NCBI GenBank assembly: GCA_965219955.1
Contig: OZ244799.1
Location: 256,001 to 320,000 of the forward strand
From: a bacterium
GTDB taxonomy: Bacteria; UBA8248
Direction of reading: 5' to 3'
Length of the DNA: 64,000 nucleotides
Position 1 is the stretch's first letter. Each line of letters begins with the position of its first letter. Of the stretch, positions 42,385 through 51,721 are shown in pieces. The notes beneath the pieces were generated by a model. That model was not told the origin of the DNA. It made no database searches and was given only the letters and a program-made list of their open reading frames with translations. The translations under genes were made by a program, and so were the position numbers.

Positions 42385-42858
42385 TTTTCCTCCGGGGGCT
42401 CAATGCCGTTTGAATCCGCCTCGACTCTATCATGATCCGGCCGGCAACAGCTTGCGCACGGCTGCGCTCAGGCGCGGCGCGGCCTCATCCGGATTCAGCG
42501 TCTCACCTTTCGCAAAGTAATGCGCCTCGAATAAGGCTCTGAATTTCCAACGCAACCTTCCGGGGTTGTTGAAAAAGTTCCCCCGTCAAGGGGATCACTT
42601 GCCTCGCGCTTCCCCTGAAAAAAACTATCCCCCCTTATCAGGGTTGTTGAAATAGTCCTTATTTCGAGTTTCGGTGTATTTTACCTACCGGTGAGAGAGA
42701 AGAATCACTCCCCCCTTGAGGGGGAGTCGAAGAGCTGAGGGCATAAGCCCGAAAGCGATTCGGTGGGGGGTATAATTCAGAATGGCGATAAAACGCATTT
42801 TACCCCCCACCGATTCAGCCTTCGCACAAACCGCTCGGCTTCATCGACTCCCCCTCAA

Positions 42859-44374
42859 GGGCCTGTTGAAAAAGCCCTGGTTTTGTGATCGTATGGAGTT
42901 ATCCCGACTCGCCCGAGATGGGAGTATCCTCGATGTTGGATCGCAAGAGGCGCGAGCAGATGGACTTGTTCGTGGCCGGCCCGCTGGAGAAGTTGATTCC
43001 TGAAGATCACATATTGCGGCAGGTGGACCGCGTGCTGGATTTGAGCTGGCTTCGCGAGGAGGTGGCGGCGTGCTATTGCGCGGACAATGGCCGTCCGGGC
43101 CTGGATCCCGAGGTGGTGGTTCGGTTGATGCTGGCGGGCCTGCTGCTGGGCTACGCGCACGACCGGCGCCTGTTGCGCGAGGCGCAGGCGCACCTGGCGA
43201 TCCGGTGGTTCATCGGGTACAGGCTGGACGAGGAGTTGCCGGACCATTCGAGCCTGACGCGTATCCGTCAGCGCTGGGGGGAGGAGCGGTTCAAGGAGAT
43301 ATTGCGCCGCACGGTTCAGGCTTGCGTGGAGGCGAAGGTGGCGAAGGGAGAAGTGGTGCACATGGACGCTTCGTTGATACGTGCGGACGTGAGCTGGGAG
43401 AGTCTGGCGGAGCGCCACGCGGAGAAGGTGGTGCGGGAGAACGACTCGGAGGATGAGGGCGGGAAGAAGGGCGGGGGCGGGGGTTCGGGGAAGATAAGCC
43501 GAACGGACCCGGACGCTCGCCTGGCGCGCAAGAGCGCTCGCGCGGGGTTCGAGCCGAGCTACAAGCACCACGCGGTGGTGGACGATGAGCGGGGGGTGGT
43601 TCTCGACGTAGCGGTGACGGAGGGGACGTTGAACGAGCGGGAGATGATGGAGCCGCAGTTGGATGCGGTTTGCGAACTGACGGGTCGCGCGCCCGCGGTG
43701 GTGACGGCGGATAGTGGCTATGCGTACTCGAAGGTGTACGGCGCATTGGAGCGTCGGGGGGTCGCCGCGCTGATACCGGCGAAGAAGGAGCCTTCCCAGA
43801 GCCGGGTGCCGCTGCAGTTGTTCCGCTACGACGAGCGTCACAAGGTGGTGAAGTGTCCGGGGGGCAAGACGCTGCGTCCCCGGAAGGAGACGGAGCGGGG
43901 GCGCTACTATGTATCGAGGACGCGCGATTGCGCGGGCTGCGCGCTTAGGGCCGATTGTCTGTCGAAGTCTCGCACGAGCAGGACGGTGCTGATTCCGCAC
44001 GAGTATCCGGCGCTGTTGCGCGCGCGCCGTCGCCACGCGCGCCGGGGGGAGGAGGAGCGCCGGCTGTGGCGCCGCCACATGGGGCGCTCGGAGGGCTACC
44101 ACGGCGAAGCGAAGAGTTGGCACGGACTGGCGCGGGCGGTGCGCCGGGGTATGGAGAACATGAAGATCCAGGCCTACCTGACGGCGACTGCGGTGAACCT
44201 CAAGCGGCTCGCCGCCGCTCATGCGGCAGGTATATTCGCTCTGTGGCGGGCCTGCGCCGCCTCGAGTCGCCGAATGCGCGTTCCCCGCGGCCTCACGCGC
44301 CGATTGGGCTTGATCTCCCAAGCCGCGTGAGACGCCATACCGCCCGCTTCAAAACGGGGTTTTTCAACAACCCC
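42859..44374 (+). mobile_element. IS1182-family element
   Basis: TIRs GGGCCTGTTGAAAAAGCCC / GGGGTTTTTCAACAACCCC; (C)TCAA duplicated; exact ends ambiguous by 1-2 bp. Confidence 0.88.
42933..44330 (+). CDS. IS1182-family transposase
   Basis: IPEDHILR, NGRPGLDP, PDHSSL, MDAS, SRTDPDA, ADSGY, CPGG..CAGCALRADC. Confidence 0.9.
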   Translation: MLDRKRREQMDLFVAGPLEKLIPEDHILRQVDRVLDLSWLREEVAACYCADNGRPGLDPEVVVRLMLAGLLLGYAHDRRLLREAQAHLAIRWFIGYRLDEELPDHSSLTRIRQRWGEERFKEILRRTVQACVEAKVAKGEVVHMDASLIRADVSWESLAERHAEKVVRENDSEDEGGKKGGGGGSGKISRTDPDARLARKSARAGFEPSYKHHAVVDDERGVVLDVAVTEGTLNEREMMEPQLDAVCELTGRAPAVVTADSGYAYSKVYGALERRGVAALIPAKKEPSQSRVPLQLFRYDERHKVVKCPGGKTLRPRKETERGRYYVSRTRDCAGCALRADCLSKSRTSRTVLIPHEYPALLRARRRHARRGEEERRLWRRHMGRSEGYHGEAKSWHGLARAVRRGMENMKIQAYLTATAVNLKRLAAAHAAGIFALWRACAASSRRMRVPRGLTRRLGLISQAA

Positions 44375-44654
44375 CTCAAGGGGGGAGTGAACTTCAAAAG
44401 CGTGCGCTCAACCAAAACCTCTCCATGGGAATTTTCCAACAGCCCGGACAAGGGGGGTTGGAGGTCGAGCGCAACCGGGGAGGGAGTCCGTTTTCCCGTT
44501 CACCAGCTCTCGGCTGCGCCTCCATCGAGCCCGTTCTGGAAGATCGCTTCCGGCCGTAGTAATCTTCACCGGAAAGAAGCCAAGCCGAGAACGTCAGGCA
44601 ACGCCGGCTTACCGGCGGCGGCGAGGGTAATTGTCGTAGCTTAAGGAAAATCAG

Positions 44655-45995
44655 ATGAAAAAGCGCATCCAGTTGGCATTTGATATCTCGTGGACCGAGG
44701 TAGAGACCAATTGGAGGAATCCGGGTTCGTGGGTGGACCGCCACCACCCCAATATCGGGATGTTCGAGGAAGTGGCCCGCGTCGCGGAGCGCGGCGGTCT
44801 CGACCTCATCTTCCTGGGGGACTCGACGGGCATTCCCGACACGTGGAAAGACTCGATTGACGATGCGGTCAGCTACGGCGTCGCATGGCCGAGATTCGAC
44901 ATGAGTCCGTGGATTGTCGCGATGTCACGCGTCACCAGGCATCTCGGGTTCGGCTTGACGTACTCCTCCAGCTTCATGCACCCGTTTTATACGGCGCGCC
45001 TTCTGAATTCCATGGACCATATCACCAACGGTCGAATGGCCTTCAACGTCATCACCTCGGCGCGCCGTTCCGATTTTGCGAACTATGGCTACGACGGGCT
45101 GCCGGATCATGGTGAGCGCTACGAACGGCTCGAAGAGTTTATCGACGTCTGCCGGGCGTTGTGGAACAGCGTCGAGGCGGATGCTTTCCTCTGGGACAAG
45201 GCCTCGGGCCGGATCGCCGACCCCGCCAAGGTTCATCCGATCAATCACGAGGGGAAGTTTTTCAGGGTCAAGGGGCCACTAAGCGTCGTCCCCTCTCCCC
45301 AGGGAAGTCCCGTAATCATACAGGCCGGAGGCTCGCCGCGCGGCATCCAGGGCGCCGCTCATGTCGCCGATCATGTTTTCGGCAGGACCAAGACGTTGCC
45401 GCTCATGGCGAAGCAAAGACGAGACCTCGATGACGCCCTCCTCGCTAAGGGAAGGGACCCGCAAGAGGTCGGGATCTTATGGTCGCTCAGGGCCATCGTC
45501 GGTGAAACCGGGAAACAGGCGAATGCGCTGCGGGAAGCGCTGATTTCCGACGTGCCCACGGAAGCCGTCGGGGCATGGCTGTCGCACAATTCCGGCTACG
45601 ACATGTCCAAACTTCCGCCGCGATTCTCCCTGGCGGAACTTCAGGAACGAATCGTCGCCGCGCAGGCCTCCCCGGTGGGTTTCGTCAATCTCTTGGCGCA
45701 CAAATACGGCGAGCACGCCGAGATCGATCGCGAGGAATTCTTTCGGCATGGACTCGAGGCGGCAACGGGGTACGCCACCGCGTTCACCGGTACGGCGGCG
45801 CAGATTGCCGATCGTTTCGAAGAGATATTCGAAGCGACCGGGAGCCGGGGCGGCTTCATGGTCAAGCAGTCCCAGGCCGGGCCGCGCGAGATTATGCTCA
45901 ACATCGTGGACCACCTGGTCCCCGAATTGCAAAGGCGGGGGAGGTACAGGAAATCGTACGAGGGCAAGACGCTGCGGGAAAACCTCGCCGTCTGA
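44655..45995 (+). CDS. NtaA/DmoA/DszA-family FMN-dependent monooxygenase (luciferase-like)
   Basis: AERGGLDLIFLGD, MDHITNGRMAFNVITS, HEGKFFRVKGPL, SPQGSPVIIQAGGS, LVPELQRRG. Confidence 0.92.
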   Translation: MKKRIQLAFDISWTEVETNWRNPGSWVDRHHPNIGMFEEVARVAERGGLDLIFLGDSTGIPDTWKDSIDDAVSYGVAWPRFDMSPWIVAMSRVTRHLGFGLTYSSSFMHPFYTARLLNSMDHITNGRMAFNVITSARRSDFANYGYDGLPDHGERYERLEEFIDVCRALWNSVEADAFLWDKASGRIADPAKVHPINHEGKFFRVKGPLSVVPSPQGSPVIIQAGGSPRGIQGAAHVADHVFGRTKTLPLMAKQRRDLDDALLAKGRDPQEVGILWSLRAIVGETGKQANALREALISDVPTEAVGAWLSHNSGYDMSKLPPRFSLAELQERIVAAQASPVGFVNLLAHKYGEHAEIDREEFFRHGLEAATGYATAFTGTAAQIADRFEEIFEATGSRGGFMVKQSQAGPREIMLNIVDHLVPELQRRGRYRKSYEGKTLRENLAV

Positions 45996-46089
45996 CCCCG
46001 GCGCAATCGCAAGTCCGTAGAATAAGAATTGGATATGACGAATTATTCAGCAGGACTCATCACCCTGCCGAGGGCGTTCACGCGTTCAT

Positions 46090-46390
46090 TGGTGAGGGCG
46101 GGGAACCTGAAGCTTTCGCAAAAGCGGTCGCGAGGAGAGTTCTCGAGGAACCGGAAGCCGACTTAAGGTTAGCCGTCCACGGCCCCAATCCGCCGGAGAA
46201 CATCGAGCCGGAAAACTCCCGCCGCGCTCCCGCGCTTGGCCCCGCCCGCATGACGCTCGACACCGGAGACGACGCCTTCACCTTCACGGCGCGCTCAGGC
46301 GTCTACGAGCAGTTTGCGCAGTCGCGCGCGCCTGTCTACGGGATGGAGTTCGTGCGCTGCGCGGTGCCGGGTCCGGACCCGTTGGCGTGA
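46090..46390 (+). pseudogene. Duplicated 3' fragment of cinA
   Basis: GPNPPENIEPENSRRAPALG...DPLA* matches the C-terminus of 38837-40099; no credible own start. Confidence 0.9.
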
Positions 46391-46623
46391 TGCTGGAGAG
46401 CCTGAATTTCTAGAACAATTCGATAAATTTAGATAAATTCACGGGGTTTTTCCGTAAATTTCCGTAAATGATCGAGGGGATTTGCGGGGAATTGCGGGCG
46501 TGGGGTGCGCGCAGATGCGGGGAGTTGCGCGCGCGAAACCGGCTGATCTTCGAGCGGCCGCGCCTCATGCGCCCTCCCGGGGATCGTCTTGACGCAGATG
46601 TCCATCATCCGGCTTCCTTTCGC

Positions 46624-48309
46624 CTACGCCTGCCCGTAGCGGCGGCGGCGCCTGTTGATGTCCTCCAGCTTGCGCGAGAGCTTCTCGAGCGTGCGGTTGT
46701 CGCTCAGGTTCCCTTCGATGTGAATGTGGTAGACGTGGGTGTCGCCCCCGCCTCCGCCCATCTCGTCCCGTATCGCGTCGCGGATGATGGGCCGCACGCC
46801 GCGCTGAAAGAAGTCGATGGATTGCGGGTGATTCACGTTCATGATGTGCTCGGGCCCCGCCTCGCCCACGAGTCTGAGCGCCGAGCGCTTGACGAAACGC
46901 CCCGCCGCGTCGCCTTCTTCAATGGGCAGCGCCTTCAAGTAGACGCTGTAAAAATCCTTGCCGAAATACCGCTTCACGCCCTCCTGGGGCGAGATGCCCG
47001 CTTCCCCGGCCGCCCGCTGGATGACCTGGAAAGCCAGACCTGCTTTTTCCAGCAAAGGAAGGTCCACGCTCATCTTCCCTTCGTAGACCGCCTGGGGGAG
47101 TGTGAGGTACTGCGCTTTTTCCGCCACGCCTGTATCGCGGAATTTTTCGAGCGCGAGATACAGCCCGGCCGCCTGCCCGAGATTCGCTATTCCCCGGGTG
47201 AAGGGCGTGGACTTCTTTCGCTTGAAACCGAGGAAGGAGAGCACCTGCTTGATGGCCCCTCCTTTGTTGAACAGGACGTCGGTAAGCAGAAAAGCGCCCG
47301 CCGCAGGCCCCAAGGCGGCGATGCCCGTGGCGCCCGAGAGCGCGGGGAGGGCGCCCGCAACGTTGATTCCCAGACTTGCTCCCCTTTTCAAGGTTTTAGG
47401 ACCCCTCAGGAAGTCCAGCGCGGAGAAGGCGATTTGCAGGGTCGCCGCCGCCTTTGCGGCCGCAATCCGTGCGGCCAGTTCGCTGCTCGCCTTTGCGCCC
47501 GCGCCGGTGGCGACCGCCGTGCCGCCCAGTCGATTCGCCGCCTCGATCTCGGAGATGGATTTGAAAAGGCGCATGATTCCCGCCTCGCCGCCGATTTTCG
47601 CCAGCGGCACCACGAGTTCCGGCCCCGCTTCGCCGATCAGGCCCAGGGTGGGTTTTTTCACCAGGCCGCCCTTGGAGAAGCCGAATACCTTGAACAGGCC
47701 CTTGCTTAGATCACCCAGCAAGCCCGTACCCAAACCCTGGAGAGCACTCACGGCCGGTTTGATGAATTGCGTGCTCGCCATCTCTGCGGCGGCGTTACGC
47801 ACCATGTTGATGGCGTGGTTTTTCAGATCGCTGAACAGATCCTTGGCGCTGTCGATTTTGCCGCTGAGTACGCCCGAGAAAAATCGGGTAAGCGTCTGCT
47901 CGCTGGCCGAGGCGAAGTCGTTCACCGCCCTTCCGGCGATCTGAAAAGAGGCGGGCAGGTCCGCGGCTTTCCTTTTGACCTCGTCCAGGCCTCTGGCGAG
48001 TGGACCGGAGCTGAGCCGGGAGCCGGCTCGTTCCGCATTCCGCCACAGGGAGTTCATCCCCTCGGCTGCATCCATGGACGAGGCGCCGACGCCCTGGAGG
48101 CGTTCCGAGGACCTCACGAAGGCGCGGCTCGATTTTTCGAGCGCGCTCCGCGATCCGCGCGTCTCGAGCTTGAGTTTTTCCGTGGCGATTCTGGCCTGTC
48201 CCGCCGCCTTGGTGAAACGCTCGAGCGCTTTCAGGCTGTTCCCGGAGTTCAGGTCTATTTTCTTCGTTATCGAGATTTTATGGACTTGCTCCGGCACGGG
48301 ATCTCTCAC
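46624..48309 (-). CDS. Phage tail tape-measure-like protein (561 aa)
   Basis: Ala/Gly/Leu-rich helical sequence; FSKGGLVKKPTLGLIGEAGPELVVPL and a second LVGEAGPE; GGGG-THVYHIHIEG tail. Confidence 0.75.
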   Translation of the reverse strand: MRDPVPEQVHKISITKKIDLNSGNSLKALERFTKAAGQARIATEKLKLETRGSRSALEKSSRAFVRSSERLQGVGASSMDAAEGMNSLWRNAERAGSRLSSGPLARGLDEVKRKAADLPASFQIAGRAVNDFASASEQTLTRFFSGVLSGKIDSAKDLFSDLKNHAINMVRNAAAEMASTQFIKPAVSALQGLGTGLLGDLSKGLFKVFGFSKGGLVKKPTLGLIGEAGPELVVPLAKIGGEAGIMRLFKSISEIEAANRLGGTAVATGAGAKASSELAARIAAAKAAATLQIAFSALDFLRGPKTLKRGASLGINVAGALPALSGATGIAALGPAAGAFLLTDVLFNKGGAIKQVLSFLGFKRKKSTPFTRGIANLGQAAGLYLALEKFRDTGVAEKAQYLTLPQAVYEGKMSVDLPLLEKAGLAFQVIQRAAGEAGISPQEGVKRYFGKDFYSVYLKALPIEEGDAAGRFVKRSALRLVGEAGPEHIMNVNHPQSIDFFQRGVRPIIRDAIRDEMGGGGGDTHVYHIHIEGNLSDNRTLEKLSRKLEDINRRRRRYGQA

Positions 48310-48349
48310 TCCTGAGTATGATGCATGATGTGGCTTGATGCCGGGCGCG

Positions 48350-48472
48350 CTAATCCGCCCAGGGGTTGATGAAATGCCACAGGTGGTTCGTGATGAGGCG
48401 TGGCTCGACCGCCGCTATGGCGCAAAAGACGGCGGCGGCCGAGGAAAGCGCCGCGAGAAGATGGGGAATCAT
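48350..48472 (-). CDS. Small hydrophobic protein, 40 aa (absent from ORF track)
   Basis: MIPHLLAALSSAAAVFCAIAAVEPRLITNHLWHFINPWAD*; ATGA overlap with upstream stop. Confidence 0.5.
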   Translation of the reverse strand: MIPHLLAALSSAAAVFCAIAAVEPRLITNHLWHFINPWAD

Positions 48473-48852
48473 GGTTGACGCTCCTTGTTCAGGCGCTCGT
48501 CGAGTCGGGCGAGCGCGGTTTCGACCTCACGCAGACGGCGGAGTATTTGCGCAAAGGCCCGCGCGTCCGCGCGCGTTTTTTTCACGGAAATCGCCTTGAG
48601 TTCACGGAATTTGAGATCGGCGATCGTTTTCGCCTCTCGCAGCCGGGTTTCCACTTCCTGGAAGCGGACGCGCGCGCCCGCGTTTTTCTCCAAAAGCCAG
48701 GGGTGGCCCCGCTCGGCCATGTGGGCCGCCAGACGCGCTTCCACGTTCACGATCTGGTTGTAGAGCGGGGTATAGGCGGCCACCCCGAGGCCGGCGATGC
48801 TCAGGATGGACAAGAATATCTGGAGGCCTTTCCCGTTTCCTTCCGGGGCCAT
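48469..48852 (-). CDS. Membrane-anchored coiled-coil protein (holin/spanin-like)
   Basis: TGATG coupling; TM segment LQIFLSILSIAGLGVAAY; heptad-like LREVETALARLDERL. Confidence 0.55.
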   Translation of the reverse strand: MAPEGNGKGLQIFLSILSIAGLGVAAYTPLYNQIVNVEARLAAHMAERGHPWLLEKNAGARVRFQEVETRLREAKTIADLKFRELKAISVKKTRADARAFAQILRRLREVETALARLDERLNKERQP

Positions 48853-49547
48853 CAGCGCACCGCATCGAAAGAAGAGGCGGCTTCTGCGAGTTTCGCGTCC
48901 AGGGCGGCCACGCTGGTCGTGACGTCGGCATCCCGGGTGTCGCGCACGCATTCGTCGTAAATTTTAAGGAGGGAGGCGAGCTGGCCGAGCAGGGTCGTTC
49001 TTCGGCTCGCCCATTCGTCCACCACGCTTTGACCCGTCGCGTAGCGCGCCGGATAGGCGTCTTTTCTGTTTTTGATGAGCAGGAAGCCCGGCTTTGCGAG
49101 TTTCTCCTCGTCTGAATCCTGCGCCCAGGCGTCGATGAGCCTGGCTTTTTCCTCGTATTCGGCCAGCTTGCCGCCCAGAGCGCTTACCGGCACGCCCACG
49201 ATGCGCGCCTTGGCGGCGTTCAGCAACAGGTTGAGTTTTTCTTTCGTCTGCTCCCGATGAACTTGCGCAACGCCCTCGGGCGCGTGCGCGGCATGAGCGG
49301 CGAGAATGGCCTCGCGCTGCGCCCGCGTGCTCGAACCGGCCACGTTGATGACCCACGTGTCCCGGGCGGGGCCGTGGATTTCGGGCCGGGCGGATTCCGT
49401 CTCGTCGGACCCGGGCCGCCAGTCGGCGTCAGGCGTCATGGTCGTTTTCAGCCGGTGCGCGCTGCCCAGATAGAGGTGCGCGAGGCCGGCAGCTTCCAGT
49501 TCATCCCGAAAATGCGGGCCGACGGCTTTGGACACTTCGATTTCCAT
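48852..49547 (-). CDS. Hypothetical phage protein, possible tail fibre assembly chaperone
   Basis: AGGAG RBS; follows the fibre-like gene; helical C-terminal half. Confidence 0.5.
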   Translation of the reverse strand: MEIEVSKAVGPHFRDELEAAGLAHLYLGSAHRLKTTMTPDADWRPGSDETESARPEIHGPARDTWVINVAGSSTRAQREAILAAHAAHAPEGVAQVHREQTKEKLNLLLNAAKARIVGVPVSALGGKLAEYEEKARLIDAWAQDSDEEKLAKPGFLLIKNRKDAYPARYATGQSVVDEWASRRTTLLGQLASLLKIYDECVRDTRDADVTTSVAALDAKLAEAASSFDAVR

Positions 49548-49556
49548 GTTTGTCTC

Positions 49557-50498
49557 CTAAATCAGAACGACGCTTTGGAAGAGATAGTCGCCGATGTTCA
49601 GGATGGTCGAGCCCGCCACGCGAAAGACGAACGTGGAGTGAACCTCGGCGAGCGCGCCCGTGTATATTTGCGTTTTCGCAATCGCGAAGTTGTCTTTCTC
49701 GCTGTTCGACAGGCGGATGATTTCGACTTCCGGATAGGCCTGCCCCGTTCCGCCGAACAGTTCGAGATTCATATCCAGACCCAACAGACCCGCGATGCTC
49801 GTCGAATTCACCCATCCCTGTCCGCCGGCTTCCTGGCGGATGACGTCGTGGCCCGGCCACGTCAGGATTTCGTGCGTCGCGACGGAGGTCCAGTTGGTGG
49901 ACAGGGTGGTGGCGAGCGTCCCTTTGGATTGGGCGGCGTATTCCGCCTTGTTCCAGAAACTTCTGACATACACGTCGTTCGCCAGAACGAACTGGGACGA
50001 GCCGTCCGTTCTCGCGACCCCGGCGAGGGTGCGGCTGTTGTCATCCGTTTTGTGCGCCAGCCCCGTGGCGGCGTCGAACGCCCAGCTTCCCGTACTGTCG
50101 AATTCGAGTTTGAGCGAGCCCCCGTCATCGTAGACGAAGACGGCATAGGAACTGTCCGCTGTGAGGCCTGCGTTCGTTAGCGTGATTCCCTCCCAGGGCA
50201 AATCCTCGTAATAGACGTCTCCCGACGCATCATCGATGAAGGGCACATGGCAGCCCGCCACGGGGTTGGCGACGGCAGGATAGTAGGAGGAGTTGAGTGC
50301 CGGCTTGAACGCCAGGGTGGTGGCGTTCACATAGTCGAGCCTGCCTGCGCATTCGACAGGTTGCCTGTTGGCCCTGATTTTTCCGTCCGGGAACAGGGCG
50401 GCGAGGGCCAGGCGGTCGATGACGCGGGCTTTCGTGGGGTGGTGGCCGCCGATGGCTTCCTCGGTATAGCGGGCGGACAGATCAGCGCCGATGGGCAT
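49557..50498 (-). CDS. Tail fibre/receptor-binding-like protein
   Basis: AAGGAG RBS, ATG 50498; beta-rich; YAVFVYDDGGSLKLEF..ATG..KTDDNSRTLAGVART resembles prophage fibre domains. Confidence 0.6.
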   Translation of the reverse strand: MPIGADLSARYTEEAIGGHHPTKARVIDRLALAALFPDGKIRANRQPVECAGRLDYVNATTLAFKPALNSSYYPAVANPVAGCHVPFIDDASGDVYYEDLPWEGITLTNAGLTADSSYAVFVYDDGGSLKLEFDSTGSWAFDAATGLAHKTDDNSRTLAGVARTDGSSQFVLANDVYVRSFWNKAEYAAQSKGTLATTLSTNWTSVATHEILTWPGHDVIRQEAGGQGWVNSTSIAGLLGLDMNLELFGGTGQAYPEVEIIRLSNSEKDNFAIAKTQIYTGALAEVHSTFVFRVAGSTILNIGDYLFQSVVLI

Positions 50499-50509
50499 GG
50501 TTTTCTCCT

Positions 50510-51721
50510 TTATGCGTAAGTGGCGGCGTCGCGCTCGGCGCCCAGGAGCCAATCGCCTTCAAGTATTTTGGCGCCATCCAGAAGAGGGGAGGACGTCAGG
50601 AAAAAGCCGGTATCCCGAATTTTGAGTTCCATGCCCTGTTCGCCCAGGTCGTAATTCACCTCGATAACCTCCCCGATTTGATTCACGAGGGGTTCGAGTT
50701 TCTTCGAGCGCATCCAGGGCACGCTGAACGCCACGTAGTCGTCCGGTTCGACTTCGAGCGCTCTCAGGGAGCCGTCCTCGATGGTGAGCATGCGGGTGGG
50801 TTCGTGATAGCGCCCCACGATGCGCGATTGAACGGTGGCGGCCACGCTCTCGCGCCGGATCCATTCGAGCCTGAGCGGGCTTTCAGGAGGTCTCCTGACG
50901 CCATAGAGCCTTTGGGAGGACCTGTTCTGGGTAGCGCTTCCATCGTCGTGTCTGATGTAACGCGCGCCTGGATAATTCCTCGCATAGAGCGCCGGAACCT
51001 GGTTGATCACGGTGTCGCGCGCTATCTCCGCTTCGATGTGCGATTGGCCGAAGCGGGGCAATACCTTTTGTGGCGAGTTCATGAAAGATTCTCCTCCGGC
51101 GATGTGAATTTTCAGGCGACCGAACGGGTCGATTTCGTATCGTCCGAGGAAATCGCCCAAAAGCGCGGTGAGAACGTCGGCGGGCGCATGGTCGTCCATG
51201 ATGATTCCACCCGCCCGGTAGCCGAGCGCCTTTGCGCTGGTTGCCGCGCGCGCGAGGGCCTGCATGTCGATATCCTGCTCACTGAATCCCCAGACGCCCG
51301 CCATGAGGTCATGAACGATCTCGGCGGGGTTTTCGATGAGCCCGCCCGCTGCGGTTTTCCTGCCCTTGCATACGGCCGTCACTCGCCCTTTTGGCGGGGT
51401 GGTGAAAGCGGCTGTGGCGATGACGCCACGGCCCTGATAGTTCTGGGCGAGCTCCAGCGTGTAGTTTTCCGACTCGATGCGGCCATCGTCGTCGAAAAGT
51501 ACGACGCCGCCCCATATCTCGTGCCCGGCCACGCAGTAGACGCCGTCACCTGCGGTGTCGATTTTAGGCGGCGCGTAAACGCCTGTTTTCTCACGCGAAG
51601 GAACCGTCAAATCCCCGTAGATGATGGGGAGGCTCTGGTCTTCGAATTCAGGGGCGGCGTACTTCGAAGCGCGGCCTATCTGAAACGAATCCGAAAGCCT
51701 GTCCGTCGTCGGGTCGGCCAT
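50510..51721 (-). CDS. Phage tail tip/baseplate hub-like protein
   Basis: LPIIYGD, IENPAEIVHDL, GRLKI, LEWIR; position in module. Confidence 0.62.
   Translation of the reverse strand: MADPTTDRLSDSFQIGRASKYAAPEFEDQSLPIIYGDLTVPSREKTGVYAPPKIDTAGDGVYCVAGHEIWGGVVLFDDDGRIESENYTLELAQNYQGRGVIATAAFTTPPKGRVTAVCKGRKTAAGGLIENPAEIVHDLMAGVWGFSEQDIDMQALARAATSAKALGYRAGGIIMDDHAPADVLTALLGDFLGRYEIDPFGRLKIHIAGGESFMNSPQKVLPRFGQSHIEAEIARDTVINQVPALYARNYPGARYIRHDDGSATQNRSSQRLYGVRRPPESPLRLEWIRRESVAATVQSRIVGRYHEPTRMLTIEDGSLRALEVEPDDYVAFSVPWMRSKKLEPLVNQIGEVIEVNYDLGEQGMELKIRDTGFFLTSSPLLDGAKILEGDWLLGAERDAATYA

Larger units (their letters stand above)
42640..44446. mobile_element. MITE-like element carrying 165-bp repeat copy E (42705-44390), interrupted by IS1182
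   Basis: GGGTTGTTGAAATAGTCC ... GGAATTTTCCAACAGCCC; shares GAACTTCAAAAGCGTGCGCTCAACCAAAA with the 33830 element. Confidence 0.7.

Noticed and set aside
39800-46390. cinA duplicate as a DGR template/variable repeat pair
   Set aside because: Differences involve all bases rather than only adenines, and there is no reverse transcriptase in the window.
45575-46390. 271-aa ORF as a real gene
   Set aside because: It is an off-frame stretch of the monooxygenase joined to the cinA fragment.
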